This document shows positions 1 to 8,208 of a DNA stretch of 14,909 bases, piece by piece. Both the position numbers and the translations under genes were made by a program. This stretch comes from a virus (taxonomy: Duplodnaviria > Heunggongvirae > Uroviricota > Caudoviricetes), in IMG/VR virus record IMGVR_UViG_2778261203_000006, positions 1 to 14,909 of that record; one strand, written 5' to 3'. Below the pieces are notes generated by a model. That model was not told the origin of the DNA and did not search any database. It saw nothing but the letters and a program-made list of their open reading frames with translations. How positions within the stretch are numbered: the first letter of the stretch is position 1; every line of letters begins with the position of its first letter.

Positions 1-88
1 CGTCTGCGTTTCTCCGGTCCTAAGACATCAATCATCTGCTCTCCAATGACTAGTCTAAAAACTAGTATTAAGACTATCACTTATTTAA

Positions 89-517
89 GTGATATTGGTT
101 GTCTGGAGATTCATGGGGCCAGTCTACCTGTCATGGGCTGTTAATCATTACCGTGATAACGCCATCGCCTACAAAGAGCAGCGCGATAAAGCCACGTACA
201 TCATCGCTGACATGCAGAAGCGTCAACGTGATGTAGCAGAACTCGACGCCAGATACACAAAGGAGCTTGCTGATGCTAACGCGACTATCGAAAGTATTCG
301 TGCTGATGTTTCTGCTGGTCGTAAGTGGCTGCGCGTCAAAGCAGTCTGTCCGGACATGCATAAAACCACCGCCGCCTCCGGCGTGGATGATGGCGCCAGC
401 CCCAGACTTACTGACACCGCTCAACGGGATTATTTCGTTCTCAGAGAGCGCATCGAAACCATAACTAACCAATTGAATGGCCTGCAAGAGTATGTGAGAT
501 CACAGTGTTCATATTAG
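89..517 (+). CDS. Rz-like inner-membrane spanin (i-spanin), N-terminus replaced or truncated; possibly non-functional
   Basis: Product from [13 protein letters not shown] onward matches, from memory, phage lambda Rz (periplasmic coiled-coil part, C-terminal ...QCSY-like end). GTG start directly after an in-frame TAA at 86-88. The first ~12 residues ([12 protein letters not shown]) are not a convincing transmembrane helix, unlike lambda Rz. Confidence 0.75.
   Translation: MILVVWRFMGPVYLSWAVNHYRDNAIAYKEQRDKATYIIADMQKRQRDVAELDARYTKELADANATIESIRADVSAGRKWLRVKAVCPDMHKTTAASGVDDGASPRLTDTAQRDYFVLRERIETITNQLNGLQEYVRSQCSY
273..464 (+). CDS. Rz1-like outer-membrane lipoprotein spanin (o-spanin), embedded in the +1 frame of Rz
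   Basis: ATG at 273 with AGGAG at 261-265. Hydrophobic signal ending in lipobox-like LVVSGC, then a proline-rich stretch ([15 protein letters not shown]) and TPLNGIIS, as in lambda Rz1. Fully nested in the Rz gene in another frame, the classic embedded-spanin arrangement. Confidence 0.75.
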   Translation: MLTRLSKVFVLMFLLVVSGCASKQSVRTCIKPPPPPAWMMAPAPDLLTPLNGIISFSESASKP

Positions 518-555
518 AAAAGTCTTATCATAAGATTTTTGTATATGGATGCATT

Positions 556-930
556 ATGTCTCAATACGCGCGCGCCGCTTTAATTGCTTATTATTTGGTT
601 GCTGATAATTCAATATCCCCGCGTGATGCATGGGATGCTGCTGTCGCTGAGGTTACAGAAAGCGAATCGGCAAGAAAGAAGGGATGCCCAAGGGCAACGT
701 TTCTCGCTCTGGCGGATAGCGGTTATCTGAAGAATGTAAAACCACATCATGGGGAGAAAAAGATCGGTAAGTTGTACCAAAGGGCAATTGAAGTTGCGAA
801 TCTGATTCTTGATTTACCCGGAATTAGCAAAGCTGAGCTAGTTGATAAAACTTGCTATAAAGACAGGCAAGGGTCTTATGACATTGCTCTAACTCTCGCT
901 CAGCACGGATTACTCCAGCGTCCTCAATAA
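556..930 (+). CDS. Hypothetical protein (about 124 aa from ATG 556; a GTG at 505 would give 141 aa), family not recognised
   Basis: Open frame with phage-like codon usage directly downstream of Rz, followed by an intrinsic terminator. No motif I can name. Start codon choice uncertain. Confidence 0.5.
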   Translation: MSQYARAALIAYYLVADNSISPRDAWDAAVAEVTESESARKKGCPRATFLALADSGYLKNVKPHHGEKKIGKLYQRAIEVANLILDLPGISKAELVDKTCYKDRQGSYDIALTLAQHGLLQRPQ

Positions 931-947
931 GATATTAAGTGATTTAT

Positions 948-972
948 GGCCTCGCTTTTAGCGGGGCCTTTT
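948..972 (+). terminator. Rho-independent terminator
   Basis: GGCCTCGC-TTTTA-GCGGGGCC hairpin (7 of 8 pairs, one G-T wobble) followed by TTTT, 18 nt after the stop of the 556-930 gene. Confidence 0.6.
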
Positions 973-1374
973 CACATCTGAATTTCAACGCGCATCTCAG
1001 CGCACAATAACCACCTGACCATTTGGAATGAGTCGTTGAAGATACCTGCAGAGTAGACAGAAAAACCAGCAGAATAAACAACAGAGTAACGAATTAGCTA
1101 GCAGGAATGATTGGCCATCAACTACAGCAGTTCCGATTTGATGGCCACAAAAAAGTTAGTTCAGATCGGCAACGTAGTTGGTAGCTTCGAGATTAGTGAT
1201 ACTAAATTCTGACGCCAAAATACGAGCAAGCTCTTCTTTCGAGCTTGCTGTGCGGTTTTGATTAGACCAGGCGATCAAGTAAAAACCATTGCTCTTCGCA
1301 AGCATGATTTGTATTGCATTGATAGTTATGTAGTAACTGTCCAAGAATAAATTACCTCAGTGTTAGGAAAAGTA

Positions 1375-1926
1375 ATGGCACTCACCGACAAGCAAGAAAT
1401 GTTCTGTCGCGAGTACCTCATCGATTTAAACGCCACGCAAGCGGCTATTCGGGCGGGGTACAGCGCAAAGACAGCTAACCGTACCGCATCCGAAAACTTG
1501 TCAAAACCTGACATCAAGTTAAGAATCGCCGAACTGAAAGCGCAACGCAATGATCTTGTTGGTATTAATGCAGAATATGTACTTAATCGCCTTCTTGAAA
1601 TCGACCAGATGGATGTGCTCGACATTCTCCTGCAAAACGGTGAGCTAAAACCCATTAAAGACTGGCCTAAGGTATGGCGCACAACGCTATCAGGAATGGA
1701 TGTCGTGGAGATGGTATCCGCAGATAGCGCCGCACTTCTGAAGAAAATCAAATGGCCTGATAAGGTTAAAAACCTTGAGTTACTTGGGCGCCATGTTTCT
1801 GTTCAGGCGTTTAAAGACAACGTCAAAAATGAAGTGACTGGCGCTGATGGAGGACCAGTCAGAACAGAAATTACCAACTTAACGCCGGAGCAGGCTGCAG
1901 AGGCGTATAGAAAAATGATGGGCTAA
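1375..1926 (+). CDS. Terminase small subunit
   Basis: Product begins [30 protein letters not shown], the N-terminal pattern I associate with phage terminase small subunits. AGGAAA ribosome-binding site at 1365-1370. Stop lies 2 nt before the terminase large subunit start. The track ORF starts at GTG 1360; ATG 1375 preferred. Confidence 0.8.
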   Translation: MALTDKQEMFCREYLIDLNATQAAIRAGYSAKTANRTASENLSKPDIKLRIAELKAQRNDLVGINAEYVLNRLLEIDQMDVLDILLQNGELKPIKDWPKVWRTTLSGMDVVEMVSADSAALLKKIKWPDKVKNLELLGRHVSVQAFKDNVKNEVTGADGGPVRTEITNLTPEQAAEAYRKMMG

Positions 1927-1928
1927 GT

Positions 1929-3551
1929 ATGCCGTTACCATTCCCCTTCGATTTTAAACATCCTGATTACCAGATGGTTTTTGAATGGCGGATGGAACGC
2001 CTACAGCGCATTCGCCAGAATCCTGAAATATTGCCTGCACTAAAACAGTTTTACCGAACCAATCCGGCTCAGTTCATCATCGACTGGGGCATGACAACGG
2101 ACCCGCGTAATATTGATTATGGCCTGCCGGTGACCATTCCGTTTTTACTCTTCCCTAAGCAGGAGGAGTGGATCCACTGGATTATGGAACGCTGGAGCAA
2201 TCGGGAGAATGGTATTACCGAAAAATCCCGTGAAATGGGGCTCAGTTGGACCGCGATCGGACTGGCATGCTCGCTTTGTCTCTTCAACAAAGAAATGGTT
2301 ATCGGTTTTGGCTCCCGTAAAGAGGAATACGTCGACAGCACTGGTGACCCGAAAGCATTGTTCTGGAAGGCGCGCAAGTTCGTGGAAACGCTACCTGTAG
2401 AGTTTCGCGGTTCGTGGAGTGAGAAGAAGCACGCGCCATATATGCGTGTTGAGTTTCCTGAAACTGGTGCCGTTATCAAAGGCGAGGCTGGCGATAATAT
2501 TGGTCGTGGTGACCGTACCACGCTTTATCTGGTTGATGAGGCTGCATTCCTTCAGCGTCCTCTGCTGATTGATGCGGCGTTGTCACAAACGACGCGTTGC
2601 CGTATCGACCTGAGTTCAGTTAACGGCATGGCTAACCCGTTCGCTCAGAAGCGTCATGGCGGGAAGATACCGGTATTCACATTCCACTGGCGGGATGATC
2701 CTCGCAAGGATGAAGAGTGGTATCGCAGGGAATGCGAGAAAATCGATAATCCGGTGGTGGTGGCACAGGAACTTGATCTGAACTACAGCGCATCAGCGGA
2801 AGGCGTTCTGATTCCATCCGAATGGGTACAGGCTGCCGTTGATGCGCATATCAAACTGGGTATCCAGCCAACAGGCAAACGACTTGGCGCGATGGATGTC
2901 GCCGACGAAGGCAGGGACAAAAATGCCTTTTCCACCCGTCATGGCTTCCTCCTGGAAAATGTGCGGGAATGGTCCGGTGTGGGCAGCGACATTTATCAGT
3001 CCGTCGAGAAGGTTTTCGGCTTTTGCGAACAGGACAACCTCGAAGAGTTTCGCTTTGACGAGGACGGGCTGGGCGCTGGCGTTCGCGGCGATGCACGCGC
3101 TATCAACGAACTGCGTAACGCTGCGCGTCGACCGTCAATACTTGCCACACCGTTTCGAGGTAGTGGCGCGGTATTTGATCCGGATGATGAAGCTGTTCGC
3201 GGGGACAACGGGCAAGCCGCACGTCTGAACAAGGACTTCTTCGCTAACGCCAAAGCCCAGAGCTGGTGGCGGTTACGTAAACTTTTTCAGAATACCTGGC
3301 GCGCCGTGGTTGAAGGTATGGCTTACAACCCGGACGAAATCATCTCAATCAGCAGTAGCATGGCACTCAAAGATAAACTCATCATCGAGCTTTCGCAGCC
3401 GACCTATTCCATTAATGGTGTGGGAAAAATCGTTATTGATAAACAGCCTGATGGAACCCGATCGCCAAACCTTGCCGACTCGGTGATGATCAACTATGCC
3501 CCAATGAATTCAGCCCTGAACATCTGGGAGCTGCTAGGGAGACAGGCCTGA
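1929..3551 (+). CDS. Terminase large subunit (ATPase/nuclease)
   Basis: 540 aa directly after the small subunit. Deviant Walker-A-like [11 protein letters not shown] and Walker-B-like [10 protein letters not shown]. Stop overlaps the next gene start (ATGA). Confidence 0.85.
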   Translation: MPLPFPFDFKHPDYQMVFEWRMERLQRIRQNPEILPALKQFYRTNPAQFIIDWGMTTDPRNIDYGLPVTIPFLLFPKQEEWIHWIMERWSNRENGITEKSREMGLSWTAIGLACSLCLFNKEMVIGFGSRKEEYVDSTGDPKALFWKARKFVETLPVEFRGSWSEKKHAPYMRVEFPETGAVIKGEAGDNIGRGDRTTLYLVDEAAFLQRPLLIDAALSQTTRCRIDLSSVNGMANPFAQKRHGGKIPVFTFHWRDDPRKDEEWYRRECEKIDNPVVVAQELDLNYSASAEGVLIPSEWVQAAVDAHIKLGIQPTGKRLGAMDVADEGRDKNAFSTRHGFLLENVREWSGVGSDIYQSVEKVFGFCEQDNLEEFRFDEDGLGAGVRGDARAINELRNAARRPSILATPFRGSGAVFDPDDEAVRGDNGQAARLNKDFFANAKAQSWWRLRKLFQNTWRAVVEGMAYNPDEIISISSSMALKDKLIIELSQPTYSINGVGKIVIDKQPDGTRSPNLADSVMINYAPMNSALNIWELLGRQA

Positions 3552-4312
3552 TGGCACGAAACAAACAAGCCCTGCGGCGAACTGCGCAGGCCACAGCTGA
3601 TGGTTATGAGAATTTTATTGCCCGCGTAGGGATACAGACGCCTAACCAGCACTCAGCATCGACCTACCGGGCTAACTTCACCAGCCGCAACCGCATGCTG
3701 GTGGAATGGTCCTATCGTTCGTCCTGGATCATCGGCGAAGCGGTCGACGCTATCCCGGACGATATGACCCGGAAAGGCATTCGCATCACTTCGGAGATTG
3801 ACGCCAAAGACCGTGGCACCCTGGAAGCGCAGCTGGATGAGTTGCAGATCTGGGATGCGCTGAACGACGTGCTGAAATGGTCGCGCCTCTACGGCGGCGC
3901 GGTCGGCTTCATCATGATCGAGGGGCAGGCACCAATGACCCCGCTGCGGCTCGAAACCATTGGAGAAGGCAAGTTTAAGGGCATTCTCCCGCTCGACCGC
4001 TGGATGATTAACCCGGTCCTGACCCGCCGCATTAAAGAGATGGGGCCGGATCTCGGCAAACCTGAGTTTTACGACGTGGTGACCACTGCCACGGGCATTC
4101 CAGCCTGGCGCATCCATCACAGTCGCCTGATTCGCTTCGACGGGGTGACGCTGCCATTCCAGCAGAAGATGACCGAAAACGAATGGGGAATGTCGGTTGT
4201 AGAGCGTATCTGGGATCGGCTTACTGCGTTCGACAGCGCCACTGTCGGCGCGGCGCAGCTGGTCTACAAAGCGCATTTGCGTACCTACAGCGTGGAGAAG
4301 CTACCCATGTAG
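3551..4312 (+). pseudogene. Portal protein, N-terminal fragment (253 aa; intact portals are much longer)
   Basis: Sits immediately after the terminase large subunit with start/stop overlap, the usual portal position. Length is about half of a normal portal. Similarity to portal families is from memory, not a search. Downstream head genes are missing. Confidence 0.55.
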
Positions 4313-4324
4313 TGAGGGATAAAG

Positions 4325-5448
4325 ATGCCGACTCTTGATGTAACAGATGTGCTTTTTGACCCCGATTTTTGCAACTTCAATTTGTGGGTAACACGCCGAG
4401 TGCAAACGGTTGATGAGGACGGGACGGGAACGGTCAGGGAATTGAGCTAAGTGATTTCAAAGTCACCTTTACGATCGACTGGTTCAACATCAGCAGCGCG
4501 TCCCGGGTAGGGACTATCAAAATTTATAACCTCTCGGCAGATACTGTGAACCGAATCACCGGGCAGGAATTTTCGAAAGTGCGTCTGATTGCCGGTTACG
4601 ACGGTGTCGCGCCAGAGGTGTCAGCAAGCGACGTAGGGACCGTGCGGGAAGTTGACGCGGCGGACGTGGGCCAGAGAGATGGCCGCAACTACGGACTGAT
4701 TTTCAGCGGTGAAATTCGCTACTCGGTCACAGGAAAAGACAGTCCGGTTGATACCTACGTCCTGATTCAGGCAGCAGATACTGATCTGGCTTTTGCCACC
4801 AGTATAACCTCACAGACGCTGGCTGCCGGTTACACGGTCGCTGATGTGAACCGTGCGCTGATGAAAGACTTCGAAGCCAAAGGCGCGACCGAAGGCCTGA
4901 CGCCTGAAATGCCTGCTACCGTATTCCCTCGAGGGCGGGTGCTGTTCGGCATGACACGGCATCTTATGGATAACGTGGCCGGACAATGTGGCGCAACATG
5001 GCAATTCGTGGACGGTCAACGCCAGATGGTGGCGAATAACGAATATGTTCATGAAGCGATTGTGCTCAACAGCGCTACCGGGCTTATTGGCATGCCGCAG
5101 CAGACTATCGGTAACGGCGTAAACGTCCGCGCGCTTATTAATCCGAACATCCGGGTTAACGGGCTCATTCAACTGGATCAGGCTTCAGTGTATCGTACCG
5201 CGTTGTCGAACAACGATATCGCGATGGCCGGTGGGCAGATCACCGACCAGAACACGGACGGAAATATTACGCTAAGCGGCACCACATCGCAGCCTGCCAG
5301 CATCGCAACGGATGGCGTTTATATTGTGCGTGGGATTATGTACACTGGCGACACAAGGGGGCAGGCGTGGTACATGGATATGATGTGTGAAGCACGTGGC
5401 GCGGCTGATCTACTTTCGTCCTCAGCGCAGCAAAGGATTTATTCATGA
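4325..5448 (+). pseudogene. Phage structural (tail/baseplate-region) gene, frameshifted or 5'-disrupted; family not recognised
   Basis: ATG 4325 with GAGGG ribosome-binding site opens a 41-codon frame that stops at 4448-4450. The long frame ending at 5448 is open from 4417 (after TGATGA at 4411-4416) but has no ATG until the GTG at 4546. The two frames overlap at 4417-4447, implying a -1 frameshift within one gene. Confidence 0.45.
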
Positions 5449-5792
5449 AGCGTATGAAGTTAGTTTTGACAATTTCGTTATTATTTTCTTGTTCAGCAGC
5501 TTTTGCTGATTTGCAATGCGGCGGATATCTACTTCATGCAGCTGATAACGGTTGGACAAAAATCAACGGTGAGCAGGTAACATCACAGAAGATTACGTTT
5601 CTTGGTAAGAAAGATGACTGGGACAACGTTAAAACTAACATGGGCCTGATGCCTTCTCGCGATGGCAACAATTACGGCTTTGAGTTTGTGAAGCGTAACG
5701 GAAAAGCTTTCCTGAACGTCCAGCTTCTGCAGAACAGCATGGATGCGCCTAAAATCATCGGATCATTCCCTTGTAAAAAGGCGTTACGCTAA
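5445..5792 (+). CDS. Small secreted protein (115 aa) with N-terminal signal peptide; candidate prophage cargo (moron)
   Basis: MKRMKLVLTISLLFSCSAAFA|DLQ: positively charged N-terminus, hydrophobic core, AxA cleavage motif (a weak lipobox LFSC is also possible). ATG overlaps the stop of the upstream gene (ATGA). Appears AT-richer by eye than flanking genes. Confidence 0.6.
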   Translation: MKRMKLVLTISLLFSCSAAFADLQCGGYLLHAADNGWTKINGEQVTSQKITFLGKKDDWDNVKTNMGLMPSRDGNNYGFEFVKRNGKAFLNVQLLQNSMDAPKIIGSFPCKKALR

Positions 5793-5829
5793 AGTTTGAT
5801 GTCAATCTTCCGAGATGAGCGCTTTAAGG

Positions 5830-5858
5830 TTGACGAGATATTGTTCAAAGTTCACAAT
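5830..5858 (+). promoter_or_regulatory. Candidate sigma70 promoter for the two-gene cassette
   Basis: TTGACG (5830-5835), 17-nt spacer, CACAAT (5853-5858), about 30 nt upstream of ATG 5888. The -10 element matches consensus at only 4 of 6 positions. Confidence 0.3.
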
Positions 5859-5887
5859 CACAATCCCTTTAGTAAGAGAAATAATCC

Positions 5888-6661
5888 ATGGCGGCAGGCA
5901 TCCCATTAGAAAAAGCGCAAAAATATATTGAACAATTCAATGCGCTTCTATTGGATAGGGAAAGTTTAGATCCCTTCACTGAAAAGAAAATTCGAGAGGA
6001 ACTTTCTGTCTCTCCAACGCCTGCTACCAACATTGCACTATCTTATCTGGATGCAATAACCGGAAAGATTGAAAGCGCGTTACGTTATCTCAGGATAAGC
6101 CTAGAAGTAAACGATGTAACGTTGGCAATGCACTATCATCACATTTTAATTAATACATTTAGCTATAATGAACTCAAGGATGTCTATGTCCCGCTGGCAA
6201 AGAAGTATCGGACAAAACTCTTTAGTCACAACGCATACAGTTGGGCGTACCGTTGCGGCGAGCGTGAACAGTTAAAATTTTATATGGAAGAGCACATTAA
6301 GCTTCTTTCTGAATCAGAAGGCAGGAGTAATGCTATGAAGCACAAAGAAGAACTCCTTGCAGAAATGGATAATTTCTATAGCGCCACACAGTGCTCGAAG
6401 GAACAGTTCCAGACCTTAGCATCCATAATCTGGGGCTTGCTAAGTGAATACAAGGCTACGACAGGTTTCGTTCAGCTTAGTGGAAGCGGTTGCTATGTTG
6501 TTGATATTAAAAATCTTGAGCCTAAAACTATTGCCAAAATGAACTTCGACTTGGCTGATAGAGTCTGCGCTGAATCTAAACTGGATGATTGTTCCCTGTT
6601 AGCTAGATTTACCTCTCCGCGTCAGTTGCATACGGGGGTGAGCTACCATGTCGGTAACTAG
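5888..6661 (+). CDS. Hypothetical 257-aa protein, upstream partner of a HEPN-like protein; unrecognised family
   Basis: ATG with AAGAGA ribosome-binding site 8 nt upstream. Appears AT-rich. Last codons overlap the start of the next gene. No catalytic or nucleotide-binding motif recognised by eye. Confidence 0.6.
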   Translation: MAAGIPLEKAQKYIEQFNALLLDRESLDPFTEKKIREELSVSPTPATNIALSYLDAITGKIESALRYLRISLEVNDVTLAMHYHHILINTFSYNELKDVYVPLAKKYRTKLFSHNAYSWAYRCGEREQLKFYMEEHIKLLSESEGRSNAMKHKEELLAEMDNFYSATQCSKEQFQTLASIIWGLLSEYKATTGFVQLSGSGCYVVDIKNLEPKTIAKMNFDLADRVCAESKLDDCSLLARFTSPRQLHTGVSYHVGN

Positions 6662-7043
6662 CAATCAGATTCTCGATACCGCTCGATTATGTCTGTCTGA
6701 AAATATTGAGAGTGGATTTCGAAGCGCTATCTCAAGGGCGTATTACAGTATGTTACATGAGTCTATTAGCTCACTTACTGCCATACCGCATTTTACCCAT
6801 GAGCATCACAAAAATACTGTGGGTTATATGTCAACGCCCTCAGAGTGCAAATCAGAGCCATACCCGACAAATACACTGAAATCCCTAGCTTTCGTACTTC
6901 GCCAGTGGCGGGATGCTAGAAATGAAGCTGACTATGATCTGACGAATGTGACTGTTTCGAAAGAGATGGGACAGGATGCAATCGAGGCTGCTGAACTCTA
7001 TTTTGAGCGCTGGGAACAGCTAAAGTCTGCTAGAGTTTCATGA
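6648..7043 (+). CDS. HEPN-like small protein (131 aa), candidate RNase toxin or effector
   Basis: Residues 29-37 SRAYYSMLH (codons 6732-6758) form an R-x6-H arrangement on a predicted helix, resembling the HEPN Rx4-6H motif. ATG lies inside the last codons of the upstream gene (ATGTCGGTAACTAG). A strong terminator follows. Confidence 0.55.
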   Translation: MSVTSNQILDTARLCLSENIESGFRSAISRAYYSMLHESISSLTAIPHFTHEHHKNTVGYMSTPSECKSEPYPTNTLKSLAFVLRQWRDARNEADYDLTNVTVSKEMGQDAIEAAELYFERWEQLKSARVS

Positions 7044-7060
7044 ATAAAATTAACGTTATC

Positions 7061-7084
7061 AAACCCGCTTCGGCGGGTTTTTTG
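7061..7084 (+). terminator. Rho-independent terminator closing the two-gene cassette
   Basis: AAACCCGC-TTCG-GCGGGTTT perfect 8-bp stem followed by a T-run, 18 nt after the stop at 7043. Confidence 0.75.
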
Positions 7085-7102
7085 CTTTCTGGAGCCTACT
7101 AA

Positions 7103-7855
7103 ATGGCAGTATCTGACCAGACCCGCAGCGGCGACCTTGCCGAAACATTCAAATCTGAACGGGAAACAACAAAGAACCAGATCCGTGTCGCCTTGCCTGG
7201 CATTATTCAGTCATTCGATCCTGATGCGGTGACGGCAGTTGTGCAGCCTGCTATCCGTTCGGTTGAAAAGGATAATGACGGCAACCGCATTACCAAAAAT
7301 TACCCATTGCTGGTGGATGTGCCAGTGGTATTCCCGCGCGGCGGAGGATGTACGCTAACGTTCCCAGTTAAAGCCGGTGATGAATGTTTGGTGATTTTTG
7401 CCGATCGTTGTATTGATTTCTGGTGGCAGAGTGGCGGGATACAGGAGTCGGTCGATGACAGAATGCATGATTTATCGGATGCGTTTTGTATTGTCGGTCC
7501 CCAGTCGCAGGCAAGGAAGATTAGCGGTATTAATACCAGTGCCACACAGTTGCGTAGTGATGACGGCAGCACCTATTTTGAGCTTAATCCTGATACCAGG
7601 AAAATTAAAATTGTCGCTCCAGGTGGTCTTGATGTGGTTGCCCCTCTGGCTGATTTTTCTGAGAAAGTAACCATTCATGGCCTGTTAACCTGGATGGGGG
7701 GCATGGTGGGGTCTGTGGTTTCTGGTGTGGCTTCAAAAATCACTGGTGCTGTTGAGTTTTTGGGGAGCGTGAAGGCTAATGGCAAGCCAATCGATGATAC
7801 ACACACTCATGGTGGTGTTCAGCGTGGTGGAAGCAGTACCGACGGGGTAAACTGA
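7103..7855 (+). CDS. Baseplate central spike/hub protein (gpV / Mu gp45-like)
   Basis: GGAG ribosome-binding site. 250 aa with a glycine-rich C-terminus (THTHGGVQRGGSSTDG) typical of spike proteins. First gene of a run of translationally coupled baseplate genes. Confidence 0.6.
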   Translation: MAVSDQTRSGDLAETFKSERETTKNQIRVALPGIIQSFDPDAVTAVVQPAIRSVEKDNDGNRITKNYPLLVDVPVVFPRGGGCTLTFPVKAGDECLVIFADRCIDFWWQSGGIQESVDDRMHDLSDAFCIVGPQSQARKISGINTSATQLRSDDGSTYFELNPDTRKIKIVAPGGLDVVAPLADFSEKVTIHGLLTWMGGMVGSVVSGVASKITGAVEFLGSVKANGKPIDDTHTHGGVQRGGSSTDGVN

Positions 7856-8208
7856 TGCGATACAGACGTGAAGACGCCGATGGCGATTACACCTTTGGCA
7901 GCGGTGATGACACCTGGCTGATTAACTCGCCTGAGGCCGTAGCGCAGGCTGTGAAAACGCGATTCGAATTGTGGTATGGGCAATGGTTTCTTGATACCAC
8001 AGAGGGAACACCGTGGATCCAGTCCGTGCTGGGCAGGCAAAAACCAGAAACTTACAACCTGGCGATCCGTAAGCGCATCCTCGAAACGCAGGGCGTTAAA
8101 TCAATCCTCTCTTTCAATACGACGGTGGATACCACGACCCGACGTGTCATGTTTTCCGCTGAAATCGACACTCTCTATGGAATAACGACTGTTACATCGG
8201 AGGCGTAA
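7855..8208 (+). CDS. Small baseplate protein (gpW / gp25 / Mu gp46-like position)
   Basis: 117 aa. TGATG overlap with the upstream gene and TAATG overlap with the downstream baseplate J gene. Assigned by position and size; family not confirmed. Confidence 0.5.
   Translation: MRYRREDADGDYTFGSGDDTWLINSPEAVAQAVKTRFELWYGQWFLDTTEGTPWIQSVLGRQKPETYNLAIRKRILETQGVKSILSFNTTVDTTTRRVMFSAEIDTLYGITTVTSEA

Noticed and set aside
131-487. Antisense ORFs 131-487 (-) and 223-417 (-) inside the Rz/Rz1 region
   Set aside because: Fully embedded opposite a gene with recognisable homology; typical antisense frames with no ribosome-binding site.
1156-1344. 62-aa ORF on the - strand between the terminator and the terminase small subunit
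   Set aside because: Begins with TTG, has no obvious ribosome-binding site, and contains a strong hairpin; the product has no recognisable features. Kept only as part of the untranslated-gap observation.
2117-3253. Several ORFs overlapping the terminase large subunit (2117-2521 -, 2209-2400 +, 2839-3228 +, 2851-3096 -, 2996-3253 -)
   Set aside because: All nested in the well-supported terminase frame; arginine/serine/proline-rich products typical of off-frame translation.
3653-4276. 207-aa antisense ORF inside the portal fragment
   Set aside because: Embedded opposite the portal frame; low-complexity composition; no independent support.
4810-5172. 120-aa antisense ORF inside the structural gene fragment
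   Set aside because: Embedded antisense frame; no start context.
7300-8040. Short ORFs overlapping the baseplate genes (7300-7572 -, 7398-7670 +, 7472-7678 -, 7819-8040 -, 7976-8185 +)
   Set aside because: Nested within a translationally coupled, conserved baseplate gene run.
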